A stretch of DNA of 64,000 nucleotides from Sphyrna mokarran. Taxonomy: Eukaryota. The translations under genes were made by a program, and so were the position numbers. The stretch covers positions 30,504,001 through 30,568,000 of the forward strand of contig JAGIQG010000017.1 in NCBI GenBank assembly GCA_024679065.1, given 5' to 3'. Numbering within the stretch: position 1 is the stretch's first letter; each line of letters begins with the position of its first letter. The notes beneath the pieces were generated by a model. It was not told where the DNA came from and searched no databases. It was given only the letters and a program-made list of their open reading frames with translations. Below, one piece after another: positions 1-11,200 of this stretch.

Positions 1-409
1 AAAAATCTGTTTAACTTCCACAGTTAATTTCACAGTTGTTCTTCCCTGTCCTCGGGCTTTGCAATTTATTTCCCACTTTGGATCGAACAGCAGTAAGAAA
101 CCCATTGAGTTACTGAGGCCATTTGGTTCAAATGTTGAAACTGAAGGTAAAATCATGTAGCAGAGGCTCAAACAAACTCAGAGAGTAAACCTGGATTTGC
201 ATCCCCCAGGTGGGAAATGTGAGTCAGAACATTTCTCGTTTAGTGTCCGGCGATGCCCGTTCACAATTTTTTCACTGCGGGCACAGGGGAAGGGCTGTAG
301 CCGGGACCATCACCTCTGAAAGTATGCCTGAAGCAGGGACAGACACCAAAGCTGGCAGACCTCACGAGCCCGTTAAATAGCAGAAGTTTGGGGGGAAGAG
401 AGAGAGAGA

Positions 410-702
410 AGCGCACAAAACAGTGGGAGTTCAGAGAGAAAGACAGCACATAAAACATCGAGAGTTTAGAAAGAGAGGTACAGCTCACAAACCAATGGGT
501 GCTTGAAGAAGCAGAGAGACCCTGTAAAGCAGTGGGAATTCAAGTTAGAGAGCCCACAAAGCAGCAGAGAAAGACAGGTCATAATTTAGTGAGAGTTGCA
601 GGAGAGAGCGCGAGCTCATAAAGCAGTGGGAGCTCAGAGTGAAAGAGAGCCCTTAGAGCAGCATGGAGTTCAGAGTGTGAGAGAGAGAGAGAGAGAGAGA
701 GA
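410..702 (+). repeat. Degenerate ~30-38 bp purine-rich tandem units ending in a (GA)n microsatellite
   Basis: About 8 recurring units like CACAAAGCAGTGGGAGTTCAGAGAGA, then (GA)n at ~679-702. Lies just 5' of the CR1 ORF1. Confidence 0.6.
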
Positions 703-868
703 GCCAGGACTTACAGATAAAATCTAAAATTGACATCCCAGAAGCTTGTAAGTTGATTAGTAGGTAATTATAGACACTCCCAGACTCAGCATAGAGGGGA
801 CGATTGGTAAGTGACAGATAGGTTACGTATACCATGCTGTAGTAAACGCTTTACAAAAAGTTCAAGGT

Positions 869-3800
869 ATGTCAGCACAGCTCAGCCATGTGGAACATGC
901 ATTCTGCACGATGTGGGAAATCATACAGGTGCAACGTGTCTTCGAAGACCTCACCTACAGAAAGTGTCATCATCTGCAGAAAGGTGAGCTCCAGGTTGCA
1001 GAACTCAAGTGGTGGCTGGAGTCCCTGGTGGGCATCTATAGGCTGAGAATTTGTGGAGGTACATTTGGAGAGGTGGTCACAACTCAGTTATGAAGTACGT
1101 AGGCAAAGAGGAAATGCAGAAATCCCCACTTGCTCTCTAACCACTTTTCCATTTTGGAGATTGGTCAACGAGGTGATTCCTTAGGACACTGTAGGAAGAG
1201 CCAGGCTTGTGGCAACACAGCTGTCTCAGCTGCACAGAAGGGGAGGGGGAAAGAGTGGAAGAATTATAGTCGTGCGGATTCCACAGTTAGGAGAGTAGAC
1301 AGACTAGACATCAGTTTATCTGACTGCAAAATGTCATGTTGCCTCCCTGGACCAGGGTCAAGAGGTAACAGAGCAGCAGCAGCAGCAGGACATTCTTTTG
1401 GGGGCAGGTACAGAGTCGGACGTTATGGTCCACATTGGAACCAATGACATAGTAGGAAAGGGGATGAGGTACTGAAAGTAGATTTGAGAGAATTAGGAAG
1501 GGAATTAAAAAAGCAGGGCCTCAAGAACAGTAAAGAAGCGTGAATTGATAAGGAGGATAAATAACAAAATAGTTTCAAGGTAAACACAGTAATTGGAGTG
1601 TTTGATAGAATTAGAGTAAGTTCCAGTAAGTTATTAGATGCAGTCACAGTAGAAGGGAATGTAAAAAAGCCTAAATCGGGGTTAATCTGCATGTATGCGA
1701 ATACATAGAGAGTGTGGTTAATAAGATTGATGAACTACAGGTACAAGTTGACAAATGGAATTGTGATATTGCTATAAGACAGCTGGCTTGATAAAGGACA
1801 GGATTTGGTGTTAGATGTTAAAGACAGACAGGAATAGGGGGTTTGGTATGGAGTTGCACTATTGATTAAAACTGACTTTACAGTATTAGAAAGGACGCTT
1901 AAGAGGGGTCAAGGGTGGAATCTCTCTGGCTAGAGGGAAGGAATTAAAAATAACACTGACAAGTTAGCATATAGACCACCAACTAGTGAAAGGGATTTTG
2001 TGACATTAATGTATTTGTAAGAATTTTTTAAAAATCCTTTTCTCTGCAGCTTTCCTGGCCTCAGCTTATGTCATTGTTGCTGAAGAAGCCCTTTCATTGC
2101 TCCTTAATTGGCTTAAATAGGGTTTGTTTATTTTCATTTTGGGCTCTTTTATGACTCTGCATTGTTAGGAGGAGGTTTGGTTGGCAGATCGTGGGTTCTG
2201 GACAGTTTTTTTCCTTCCTGGGAAATTTAAAGTTTCACTTTCTGTTTTGCCAGGCGAAACAGTTTCAGAAGGGACATTAAGGTCAAAAGAAGTGTCTTTC
2301 TCTCTCTCTCCCTGGTTTTGGAAATTTTACTGGTGAGTGGCAAGCAAGGCTTCACATCTTCCTGGAATACAGAATTTGCTGTTAGTGGCTTGACCAGAGT
2401 TGCTCCTTGGTGTTCTGGGGAGCTGTTCTGACTCCAAGCCTGTCTGTGTTTGCCTCAAGAGAACAACACCAAAAGGACTTAGTCCCATCCCAGGGTATTT
2501 GTCTATGGGAAGCTTTTGTTTGATTGGAACATTTTAGATATTTTTGTTAAGGGTTATACATTTTCTTGATTGTTTTGTTTATAATTGATTAATGTTATTG
2601 CTAATTTTCTTTCCACACATGTTAACTGTTTTCTTAAATAAACTTTGATAAAAGCTTCCTAGCGAGTCATTCGAATCATACCTGGGGTGAAACTTATCAT
2701 GCTTATCCTAGCCAAATTCAAAGTGCAAAATGTATGATCCAGGCAGGCTTCATAAAAATTGTAGAGTTTCTGACCTGAACCATAACAATGTTGAGAAACA
2801 AATTTGTAAAATAATTATAGAGATGCAAGAATTATACAGAAATCATAATGGGGGATCTCAATTATCCAAATATAGACTGGGATAGGAATATGCAAAGGAT
2901 CAAGAGGGGCGAGAATTCCTGGAGTGCGTTCAGATAATTTTCTGCAAAGTATTTATCTATTCCAATGAGAGGGCAGGCACTGTTGGACCTAACTCTGGGG
3001 AATCAGATGGACTGAGTGTCTCCTACATGCTTTCCTGCTGATATCTGATCCAGTGATCAATGTATCATATTGTTCAGGTTGGCCATGGAAAAGGAGACGG
3101 GACAGTCCAGAGCAGGGATAATTAATTCGGGAAAAGCCAACTTTAATGGGATGAAAATGCATCTCAGTTGAGTGAGTTGGGATCAAATGTTGGCTGAAAA
3201 GACAGCGGCTGAACAATGTGCCCCTTCAAAGAATAAGTAATCCAGGCAATGACGAGATATATTCCCTTGAAGGGGAAAGGGAGCATACATAAATCCAGAG
3301 CTCCTTGGATGATGAGAGAGATAGAAGTGAAGATCAAAAGATGTGCGTGTACAACAGATGTCAGGTAGAAAATACAATGGAGAATCAGGCTGAGTATAGA
3401 AGGACCAGAAGGGAAGTGCCAAAACTAGTAAGAAAAGCAAGGAGAGAGCGTGAAAAGATACTGGCAGCTAACATAAAGGGAATCACAAGATTTTCTACAA
3501 GCATAGAAATAACAAAAGGTAGCTAAAATAAAGGGTAAGTCCAATTGGGGATTAACAAAAAAGGTGACGCACGTATAGACAAGAGAAATAGCACAGATAT
3601 TACCCGAATACTTTGCACCTGTCTTTACAAAGGAAGAAGATGTTATTCAGACTGAGGTGAGAGAAGAAGTAGTTGGTGCACTATAAGAATCTACAATTGA
3701 GAAGATGTTGTTAGAAGGACTATCCTTACTTAAAGCTAAGATATCAGGACCAGATGAGATGCATCCAAAGGTAATAAGGGAAATGAGAGTAGAAACAGCA

Positions 3801-4510
3801 GAGTATTAGTAATAATCTTCCTGTGCTCCTTGGACACTGGGGTGGTGCCAGGGGACTGGAGAATTGTGAATGTTCCACCCTTGTTCAAAAGGGGTGAAAG
3901 GATAAAGCCGGCAACTACAGACTACTCGGTCTGACTTTAGCAGTGGAGAAGCTTTTACAAACTACAGATCGGGGCAAAATCAATGGTCACTTAGACAAGT
4001 GCGAGATCATTTTAAAAAGCCAGCGTGGATTAATTAAGAGAAAAGCATGTTGAACTAATTTGGAGTTTTTTTCAGGTGCTAACAGTGAAAGCTAATAAAG
4101 GCTATGTTGTCAATGAGGTGTATATGGATTTTCAACAGGTATCTGATTCATGCCACACAACAGACTTGTAAGCAAAGTTCTACCTCATAAATAAATAGGA
4201 AAGTAACACTTGGACAAGAAATTGGCTGAGTTACTGGAAACAGAGAGTTGTTTTTGGCTTCTTTTCAGATTGGTGAAAGGTTTATAATAGAGTTTCAGTA
4301 TTGGGACCCTGATATACATTAGTGATCTAGACTGGTGTTCAGGACAAAATTTCAAAATTTGTATACAACGTGAAGATTGGAAACACTGCCAATTGTGATA
4401 AAGGTCATGTTGGTGGTCTGGCAGGTAAGTGGCAGGTGAAGTTCAAGGCAGAGAAATATGAAATAATCCATTTTGGAAGGAAGCCTATGAAGAGACAGAA
4501 TAAAATGCTG
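869..4510 (+). mobile_element. Near-full-length decayed CR1-clade LINE (ORF1 + ORF2), interrupted by a solo LTR
   Basis: ORF1 remnants: CTMWE...RKC...ELQVAEL (zinc finger/coiled coil) and DSTVR...CCLPG...HIGTNDIGRK (SGNH esterase-like). ORF2 remnants: endonuclease motifs YRPP and IIMGDLNYPNIDW; RT motifs DWRIVNVPPLFK, GNYRL and VYMDFQ. Many stops and frameshifts. Confidence 0.9.
1999..2787 (+). mobile_element. Solo LTR (Gypsy-like), 789 bp, nested in the CR1 endonuclease region
   Basis: Termini TGTGAC...ATAACA, with 4-bp flanks ATTT/ATGT (3 of 4 match) and an internal AATAAA near 2637. CR1 coding sequence (YRPPTSERD|VEKQIC) resumes on the other side. Confidence 0.7.
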
Positions 4511-4553
4511 TCCAATTACTCGAGTAAGTTCCAATGAAGTAAAGCAACTTCAT

Positions 4554-4681
4554 GGGTGGGATTTTCCAGTCACGTTTGCCCCAAGACTGGAAAATCACTA
4601 CCAAGTGCTAGTTTACCTTTGCACGGTCCATGTCCCATCCGCTACAATTCCCATGGCAGGCGGGACAGGAAAATTCTGCCC
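4554..4681. mobile_element. ~128-bp MITE with GGG-type terminal inverted repeats
   Basis: GGGTGGGATTTTCC...GGAAAATTCTGCCC (11 of 14 inverted match), flanks CAT/TAT. Similar to the copy at 31814-31937. Confidence 0.7.
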
Positions 4682-5084
4682 TATGTCTACTCCCAAAAAA
4701 GCTGACACCACTAGCTAATTCCGCATCTTCCTTATTTCTTAAGTAATTTTCATAATGCTAAATGGCATAGAAAATAGTTTTTGATAACTTCAAAAAAAGT
4801 TAGACAAATTTATCTAAATATCCATTCAAAGTGATTGACATGAATTGACAATGCAGTGATGTATATTTATGACTTATTTATCAAGTACACTCCAAAATAA
4901 CAATTCTTTTTCATTACCAGAACACACTGAAAATACCTTATTGCTCTAAATTAACGTAATGGGAGGAATCCAATTGGTTTATAACTATTTTTCAGCTTTG
5001 AGACAGACTACCATGAGTGCATTTGCTAAATGATTCCCGATCAGCTGTGGTCTATCTTTTTAATTCGATGCAATGTTATAAAGT

Positions 5085-5368
5085 AAAGTTAAAGTTTATT
5101 TGTTAGTCATAAGTAAAGCTTTTACATTAACACTGCAATGAAGTTACTGTGAACTTCCTCTAATCACCACACTCTGGCGCCTGTTTGGGTCAATGCATCT
5201 AACAAGCACATCTTTTAGACTGTAGGAGAAAACCAGAGCGCTCAGAGGAAACCAATGCAGACATTGAGAGAATGTGCAAACTCCACACAGTGACCTGACC
5301 TTGGAATCAAACTCGGGTTCCTGGCTCTTTGAGACAGCAGTGCTAACTACTCTGCCACCATGCCGCCC
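5085..5368 (-). mobile_element. HE1/V-SINE-type tRNA-derived SINE, tail type B
   Basis: Reverse complement has head GGGGCGGCATGGTGGCAGAGTAGTTAGCACTGCTG, a B-box-like GGTTC-type motif, the V-domain (GGTTTCCTCTGAGCGCTCTGGTTTTCTCC) and tail CACAGTAACTTCATTGCAGTGTTAATGTAA. Confidence 0.85.
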
Positions 5369-5847
5369 CAGAGAGTCATTTGGAAGACCTTACTGACACG
5401 TTCGTACATACTTATAAGATTAAAAGAAAACCATCATCAAGTTTTAGCTCTGTGAGCTGATAGCTGCAAAGATCTAAATTCTGTGCAATATGGAATCAGA
5501 AGATCAAAAGAAATGTAGGTCAATCAGTCTGTGACATCAAAAGGAAATATTTTGTAAGTAAAGCTTTTCCTAGATCAGTACAACTTCTCTCTCCATGTCT
5601 ATAGGCTGGAAAGCTGCAGTGATAGGAATGCACACTGCCGCTTCTAAACGTCAGCATTTTTATTAGTTCCAGCACAGTTCAACATTCTTTTTGGTCCTCA
5701 ATCTCATACGAGGTCACTGGATGTAACTGTGTAATTCCTTACTGCCAATTTATTCAAGTCTCAATCCTGAAGTGCCCTTTATGCTGTGGATTTGTCTGTT
5801 GATGAGAGTTTCCCAGCTATCTGTTACCATAGTTAACCAATATCATT

Positions 5848-6128
5848 ACAACTCCTACAGTGCAGAAGGGGACCATTCGCTCCGTTGAGTCTGTACTGAC
5901 TTGCCAAAAAAAGCACTTTACTCAGGCCTATCCCTGTAGCCGAGTGCCTTCAACACAACCAATCCAACTAACCTGCACATCTTTGGACTTTGGGAGGAAA
6001 CCGGAGCATCCAGAGAAAACCCACACATATATGGGGAGAACATGCAGACCCCACACAGACAGTGATCCAAGTCTGGAATTGAACCAGGATCCCTTGCGCT
6101 GAGGCGGCTGTACTAACCACTGTGCCAT
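5848..6128 (-). mobile_element. HE1/V-SINE-type SINE, tail type A (CR1-like)
   Basis: Head GGCACAGTGGTTAGTACAGC, V-domain, and tail GAATGGTCCCCTTCTGCACTGTAGG. Confidence 0.85.
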
Positions 6129-6599
6129 TGCTTCTAGTTTTATGAAAAATCAGTCGAAATAGAGTTTATGAAAGAAAAAAGACTGAAAGGTCAATAAATA
6201 TCCTTGTATTACATCCCTGAAATCACTTCTGTCCTCTGAATTGCATTCCTGTTTTAAAAAAACTACCTATAATGATACAAATAATAAAAGTTCTGGGTTT
6301 ATGCCAAGTGAGAGTATCACTACCAAGTGTCAGTTTACTTACTAGATAATATTCATCTGAAAGGTTTAGATATTGCAATTCTGTCACTTCATAATTATGG
6401 AGATGTAATCTGCTTTTGCTGAACAGGAAACTGTAATACAGTAACTTAAAAATTGCATATTGGATACTCATAAGGGTGTGGTTGGAAATACACTCAATTA
6501 TGTCTAAGATTATTTTGGGAAGCATTTGTATGGAACTAACTGGAATAATTGTGGGAAACTGAAGCTCAGAAAACTGCTACACAGAGTCACAAAAATAAT

Positions 6600-6922
6600 G
6601 GCCAGGGTTCTCCAGCCTCGTTTGCCCCACCATCTCTGCCAGCAAGAATGAAGAATTTGGTGCTCAACCAAATCTCCTTTCACAGCCATGAGGCCAGATA
6701 GTTCCAGCCACGGGCAAGGTCAGAGAATACCAGCTATTATTTTGGTAATAATGTAAGTCCAAAGATGATGAGGTTAGGTTCATTGGCCATGTCAAATTGA
6801 CCCTAGTGTCAGGGAGAACAGCAGGGTAAATGTGGAGTTACAGAAATAGGGCCTTGGTGGGATTGTGGTTGGTGCACACTCAATGAGCAGAATGGCCTCC
6901 TTCTGTACTGTCGGGATTCTAT
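6600..6922 (+). mobile_element. Degenerate MITE (~6600-6735) followed by a 5'-truncated HE1-type SINE (~6755-6922)
   Basis: GCCAGGGTTCTCC...AGAGAATACCAGC termini. Then GTCCAAAGATG...GGTTAGG...GAATGGCCTCCTTCTGTACTGTCGGGATTCTAT. Confidence 0.65.
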
Positions 6923-7094
6923 AAGGAGGTGTGATTCACAATGCCAGGACGTGCTTGTGTAGTATAATATGGTGTTCACATTTGTGTTTAATACATTTCT
7001 TTATTTGAATTCCAATTCTCCAAATGGAGAACACCTCTGGCAGCAAGTTCCAGCCCTGGACAGAGTAACAACCAACCCCCTCTTCAAAGCATTA

Positions 7095-7305
7095 TTGGCA
7101 ACCACAGCTAGCTAGTGATGCAGAGTGAGGCCAACAGTACGGTTCATTTCCTGTAACGGCTGAGGTTATTCATTAAGACCCTGCCTTCTCAACCTTGCCC
7201 CTTGTCTGAGGTGCGGTGATCCTCAGGTTAAATCACCACCAGTCAGCTCTCCCAAGAAAAGGAGAGAGCAGTCTGTAGTCATCTGGGACCATGGCGATTC
7301 TACCT
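7095..7305 (+). mobile_element. Other short interspersed repeat (tRNA-like head, distinct body)
   Basis: GTGATGCAGAGTGAGGCCAACAGTACGGTTCATTTCC...CCTCAGGTTAAATCACCACCAGTCAGCTCTC, recognised as a common elasmobranch repeat. Family name not assigned. Confidence 0.5.
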
Positions 7306-8568
7306 TTATTTCAGATCTAAATAGTGTCAGCTGTATTGGAGTTGACTGTTTTGATGCTCATTCTCAATTGACAAAATTATTAAAATGGACTGTATCTATA
7401 TATTACATCAGGGAGTCAAATTCTTTCACTTCAGTTAGCTTACCCAGAATCAATTTCCTGTCATATTGCTTATTTAATACTTCAACCTGAAATAGTATAA
7501 ATTTGGTGTCCTGATTAACATCTTTGAAGATGACTTCCAAATAACTGCACACAAAACAGAAATTGATATGCTTACACAGATTACTTGTCTCTATTTGGCA
7601 GTTTTAGCTCACTGGTTAACACTTTGGAGTTCAATTCCTACCTGTGCTATTTTATCACCATTATTATCCCTGGATTAAGACAGACCTGGCAGGAATTTAA
7701 CACAAGTCCATTAACCAATGTATAAAAATAGCTGAGAGAGAGAATTAAATGTATTACTGTTCTGCTAGATGTTCCTATTCATTATTTTTGTTCATACTGC
7801 ACTCAAAATATCTTTTTATTATGCATTTTATTCAAAATTACAATTTGAAACACAACATTCAATCCTTTCCAATTAAGGATTTTTCTAAATGTTGACTTTA
7901 TCACTGATCGTTACATTAATTCCTTCCTGTTATTCTGCAATTCTGATCTATAACTACAACACAGCAATTTCATAGATTACACAATAAGACAATACTAGCA
8001 GTACTATTGGCATTCTACTGCCTGTCTTGTGAAGAATGATAAGTATCAAAAGACAATAGCAGTCTTTAGGTACCAAAGAGTCGTCATATAGAATATAAAT
8101 CTATATTGTACAAAAAAAATCTTTGTAATTAGAATGATCACTAATTCCACCACAGATCTGACTGTACAATACAATAATATTGTGACTAGAATAACGTTCC
8201 TTTCTCATGTCCTGGTTACAAACAAATTAATTAACAGTAAGGCAACCAACTTAATGCTACTATGATCTGCATAATATCTTTGATCAACTAAGCATGTCCA
8301 GGGAAAACATTTCAGATAATCAGGAGTTTAGACATCAGAACGCAAAAAGGTTTTCAATCCATTAATAATTAAAAATGTTGCGTACCAAAAACAGCAAAGC
8401 AAAAATAATACAATACAAGTTTATAAAGTGCAAAGAGTGATTGCAGCCAACCTCTATGGGGCATTTTTAGAGTCTGTTCACAAGGGACAGTTGTAGTTAA
8501 GGCCGTTCAAATAGTACCCTCACACGCACATATTATACACAAGAGTTAAAAGGTAAAAAATGCATTAC

Positions 8569-10366
8569 TTGGTTCAGGTGACGCCATTGTGGAGACAATG
8601 ATTGGTGGTCCTGTACGTCTGGTCACTTTCTGGTTGGCGGTATGTGCCGATCTGTAAGCTGAGCTTGTAGATACCGGTGTAGATTCCATTTGTCCTCCTG
8701 GTTTCCGAAGAATCTGAGGACTACAGTGAGGGCTGTGTAACGGAGAATGAGCTGTGCTGCGTTCCTTTGTCATTAGTTCTATGGGTACAGTATAGGTGGT
8801 ATTGTAGGCAGTTTTGGGGCCTGGATTTGGAGCAGTTGGCATGGCATTCATTGCTATCCCGGACTGAGAAGTATAGCCAGGCCCTGATCGCAGATTCTGA
8901 AGCCCGATGGGATTACTGTAGCCTGTGAAGCTTGGAAAATGAGTCCCCAGTCTCCCAGGCCCAGGAGAACCATAAGTAGCAGTTTCTAGGAGATGTTGGG
9001 AAGGGGCACTAGATGGGCGGCGGTTCAGTTCAGAAAGCCTGGGTGACATTGGTTGCAAAGCCACCGGTAGCTGATGAACAGCAGAACTATCCATTGTGGA
9101 GACCACTCCTGGCTGGACTCCATAGTCATTACGCATTAGTTCACTTCTGTGGCTGAAGCTGTTTGAACGCGTCCTTGTACGAGCACTGGTGTTCTGCAGC
9201 TCCTGTCGTAATTGCAGGTCCGCTTTGCAACTCTGGACAAGCCTCAACAGTAGCCGGGCCTGACTCAGATTCGGAGCCACAGTCTTAATATCGTTTTCTT
9301 CTAACATGGCGAGGAGGTTTGTTGAATCGAAACCTTGTTGCAATAAGGCAGCAATTGTGCTTTCAGATAAACCCTCTGAACGCAACAGTGCCAGAAATTC
9401 AGACTTGCTCTCATGTCCAGGAATCCCTGCAGCGTGGTGGCCACGCGCTACCATCGCGCTGTCATAACCATCATACAGTGGCTTTGAAATCAAACCATCT
9501 CTGTGTGCGCCATAGTCAGACATCATTCTTGTTGCCATTCCTTGTCTCGGAGCATGGCTTAAAGTGCCAGGAGACATCATTCTATCCAAAGTGCTCTCGC
9601 ATCGAGATCCGGTGGCAGGATCCACAACTAAACATGTCGGGGCAACCTGTCGAGCACCTGTGGAATCCAGTGGCCGACCAGTGGCGTCACTGTACATTTG
9701 CTTATTAGTGAGAGACGGTGGCTCTGCTCCGTAACGAGGAAGAGATGTTTCAGCAGCATACCTAGCAGGAGAAGGATCACGACTACGTATTTTCTGTCCA
9801 TCGTGAATCAGCTTACCAGAAGGATCATGGTACATACGGTTTACCTCAGGTCGGGGAGGAGGTCTCCCTTGTGAGTGGTCCCATGAGATCCTTCCTCCTG
9901 ACATCCCATAATTCTGTGGTGATCTGTTAAGCATATGATCCCTATAAAACCGGGCCTCTTCAGAGGGCCTAATACCCATAGCAGGCTCCGGATAGTAATC
10001 CTGAGGAGGCACAGAGCTACGTCCAGACATTGCGGCCTGCTTCTCGTAGGAATGGGAGAATTCCGGCACAGAACTTTTCCTCACAGGTCTGCGATCATAC
10101 CGACGGGAGTAACCTTGGTCAATCCCCGAATCTGGATAAACGTAACATTCATAATTATGTTCATTTGCCTCTGCAAAGTTGTTGCCGTGCCCTCTGACGC
10201 AGTGCGGGTTGTCGCCAACAATTTCTCCACAGTAGTTCAATGAGTTTCTTCTGAGAGGCCTCTGGTACTCGTAAACACTGTCGCTGTCCCAGTTGTCTTC
10301 GTACCATCCACTAGAGTCCCAGCTCTGAGAGCGGCCAACAGTTGTATGCTTGCTAGGGACAGGCAT
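8569..10366 (-). CDS. CTBP2: RIBEYE A-domain exon of CTBP2 (synaptic ribbon scaffold isoform), 599 codons + 1 nt
   Basis: 606-aa ORF begins MPVPSKHTTVGRSQSWD and ends RRTGPPIIVSTMASPEP, matching vertebrate RIBEYE A-domain termini. In-frame TGA lies 18 nt upstream of the ATG. Donor CCA A|GTAATG at 8568 is phase 1, so the last 7 residues of the ORF track (SNAFFTF) are read-through across the donor. Confidence 0.96.
9224..9403 (-). other. CTBP2: SAM-like helical domain within the RIBEYE A domain (aa ~322-381)
   Basis: SEFLALLRSEGLSESTIAALLQQGFDSTNLLAMLEENDIKTVAPNLSQARLLLRLVQSCK has the W/F-L-xx-x-GL ... F/L-xxx-G/E-F/I-D ... L-xx-L-xxx-D-I/L pattern of SAM domains. It is the only clearly globular segment in an otherwise Ser/Pro/Tyr-rich sequence. 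Confidence 0.7.
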
Positions 10367-11200
10367 TGGAATAAAATGACTTCAGCTTAGTTAAAGAGGC
10401 GGGACCTCTGGTTACAAAAACATGAAACAAAGCAGGTTGGTTTCACCTGAGCCCCCACAGGGACTGCAGAACTAAGCAACTGGAGGTTTCTATTACAAAG
10501 TACTGCCTGAATTATTAATCCAGAGAAACATCAGGAGAAACAAAACACAACGCACCTTGTTATCAATTCTCATTTCACAACGACTGAATGAAAGGTCCTC
10601 TTTGTGTGTCTGCTTGCAGATGGAAAGGGTAGCTTCCTTTAATCCACACATTTATCCTTTCTTGTTTGGGACACTGCTTGTGTGGGCAACCGGTATGGCA
10701 GGACGCAGGGATTAAGTACTAAATTAAACCAGTAAAGCCTTTGCTCTTTGTGACATCAATCAAGCTCATTCGGAGACCATACATTACTCATGTGCTTGAT
10801 CGGACCACTGAGCAATTTGCTGCAAAATTATCTAAGTGGTTTTTTGGATTTTTTAAGTAAGTGTATTTATAAGTGGAAGACCTTTGTGTTGTCTGGTTGT
10901 TGGAGGGGGAGAGGGGGTCGCGGAGAAATTGGAAAGGGAAAAAAACCCTCCTGAAAATCCCTGGCTGTCAGCACAATTCAAATCCATCTTGATGAGATAC
11001 TAATCCAGCGAATACAGCTGCAAACAAATTGCATGCGAGTGGGAATGTTGACAAAATAGAAATTTTAAACTGAATAAGCGAAGAACAAGAACTAAAAGGA
11101 TCCTTTCAGTCAAAACAGTGGCAATGTTCCTGTGCCCTATTGATTTAGTGACGTAACCATGGTATTTATTCTATATGCAAAGTCAAATTTAGCAACCTAA
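10367..11200 (-). promoter_or_regulatory. Putative RIBEYE-specific promoter/5' leader
   Basis: Repeat-free DNA directly upstream of the RIBEYE ATG. TAATCC/GGATTA sites at 10516, 10640, 10709 and 11001; CAGATGG at 10617; TGCTGAC (minus strand) at 10947-10953; CAGCTG at 11015. Confidence 0.55.

Noticed and set aside
410-702. CRISPR-like repeat-spacer array
   Set aside because: Units are degenerate and directly tandem, the context is vertebrate, and there are no cas genes.
1-8545. Shared CtBP2 B-domain exon (IRPQIMNGP...)
   Set aside because: Searched by eye on the minus strand and not found; probably outside the window.
8546-8568. C-terminal SNAFFTF* of the 606-aa ORF as the true protein end
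   Set aside because: It crosses a phase-1 GT donor at the position where RIBEYE joins the shared CtBP2 exons.
9319-10243. Plus-strand ORFs of 129 aa and 102 aa overlapping the RIBEYE exon
   Set aside because: Antisense shadows of a long coding exon, with no recognisable protein features.
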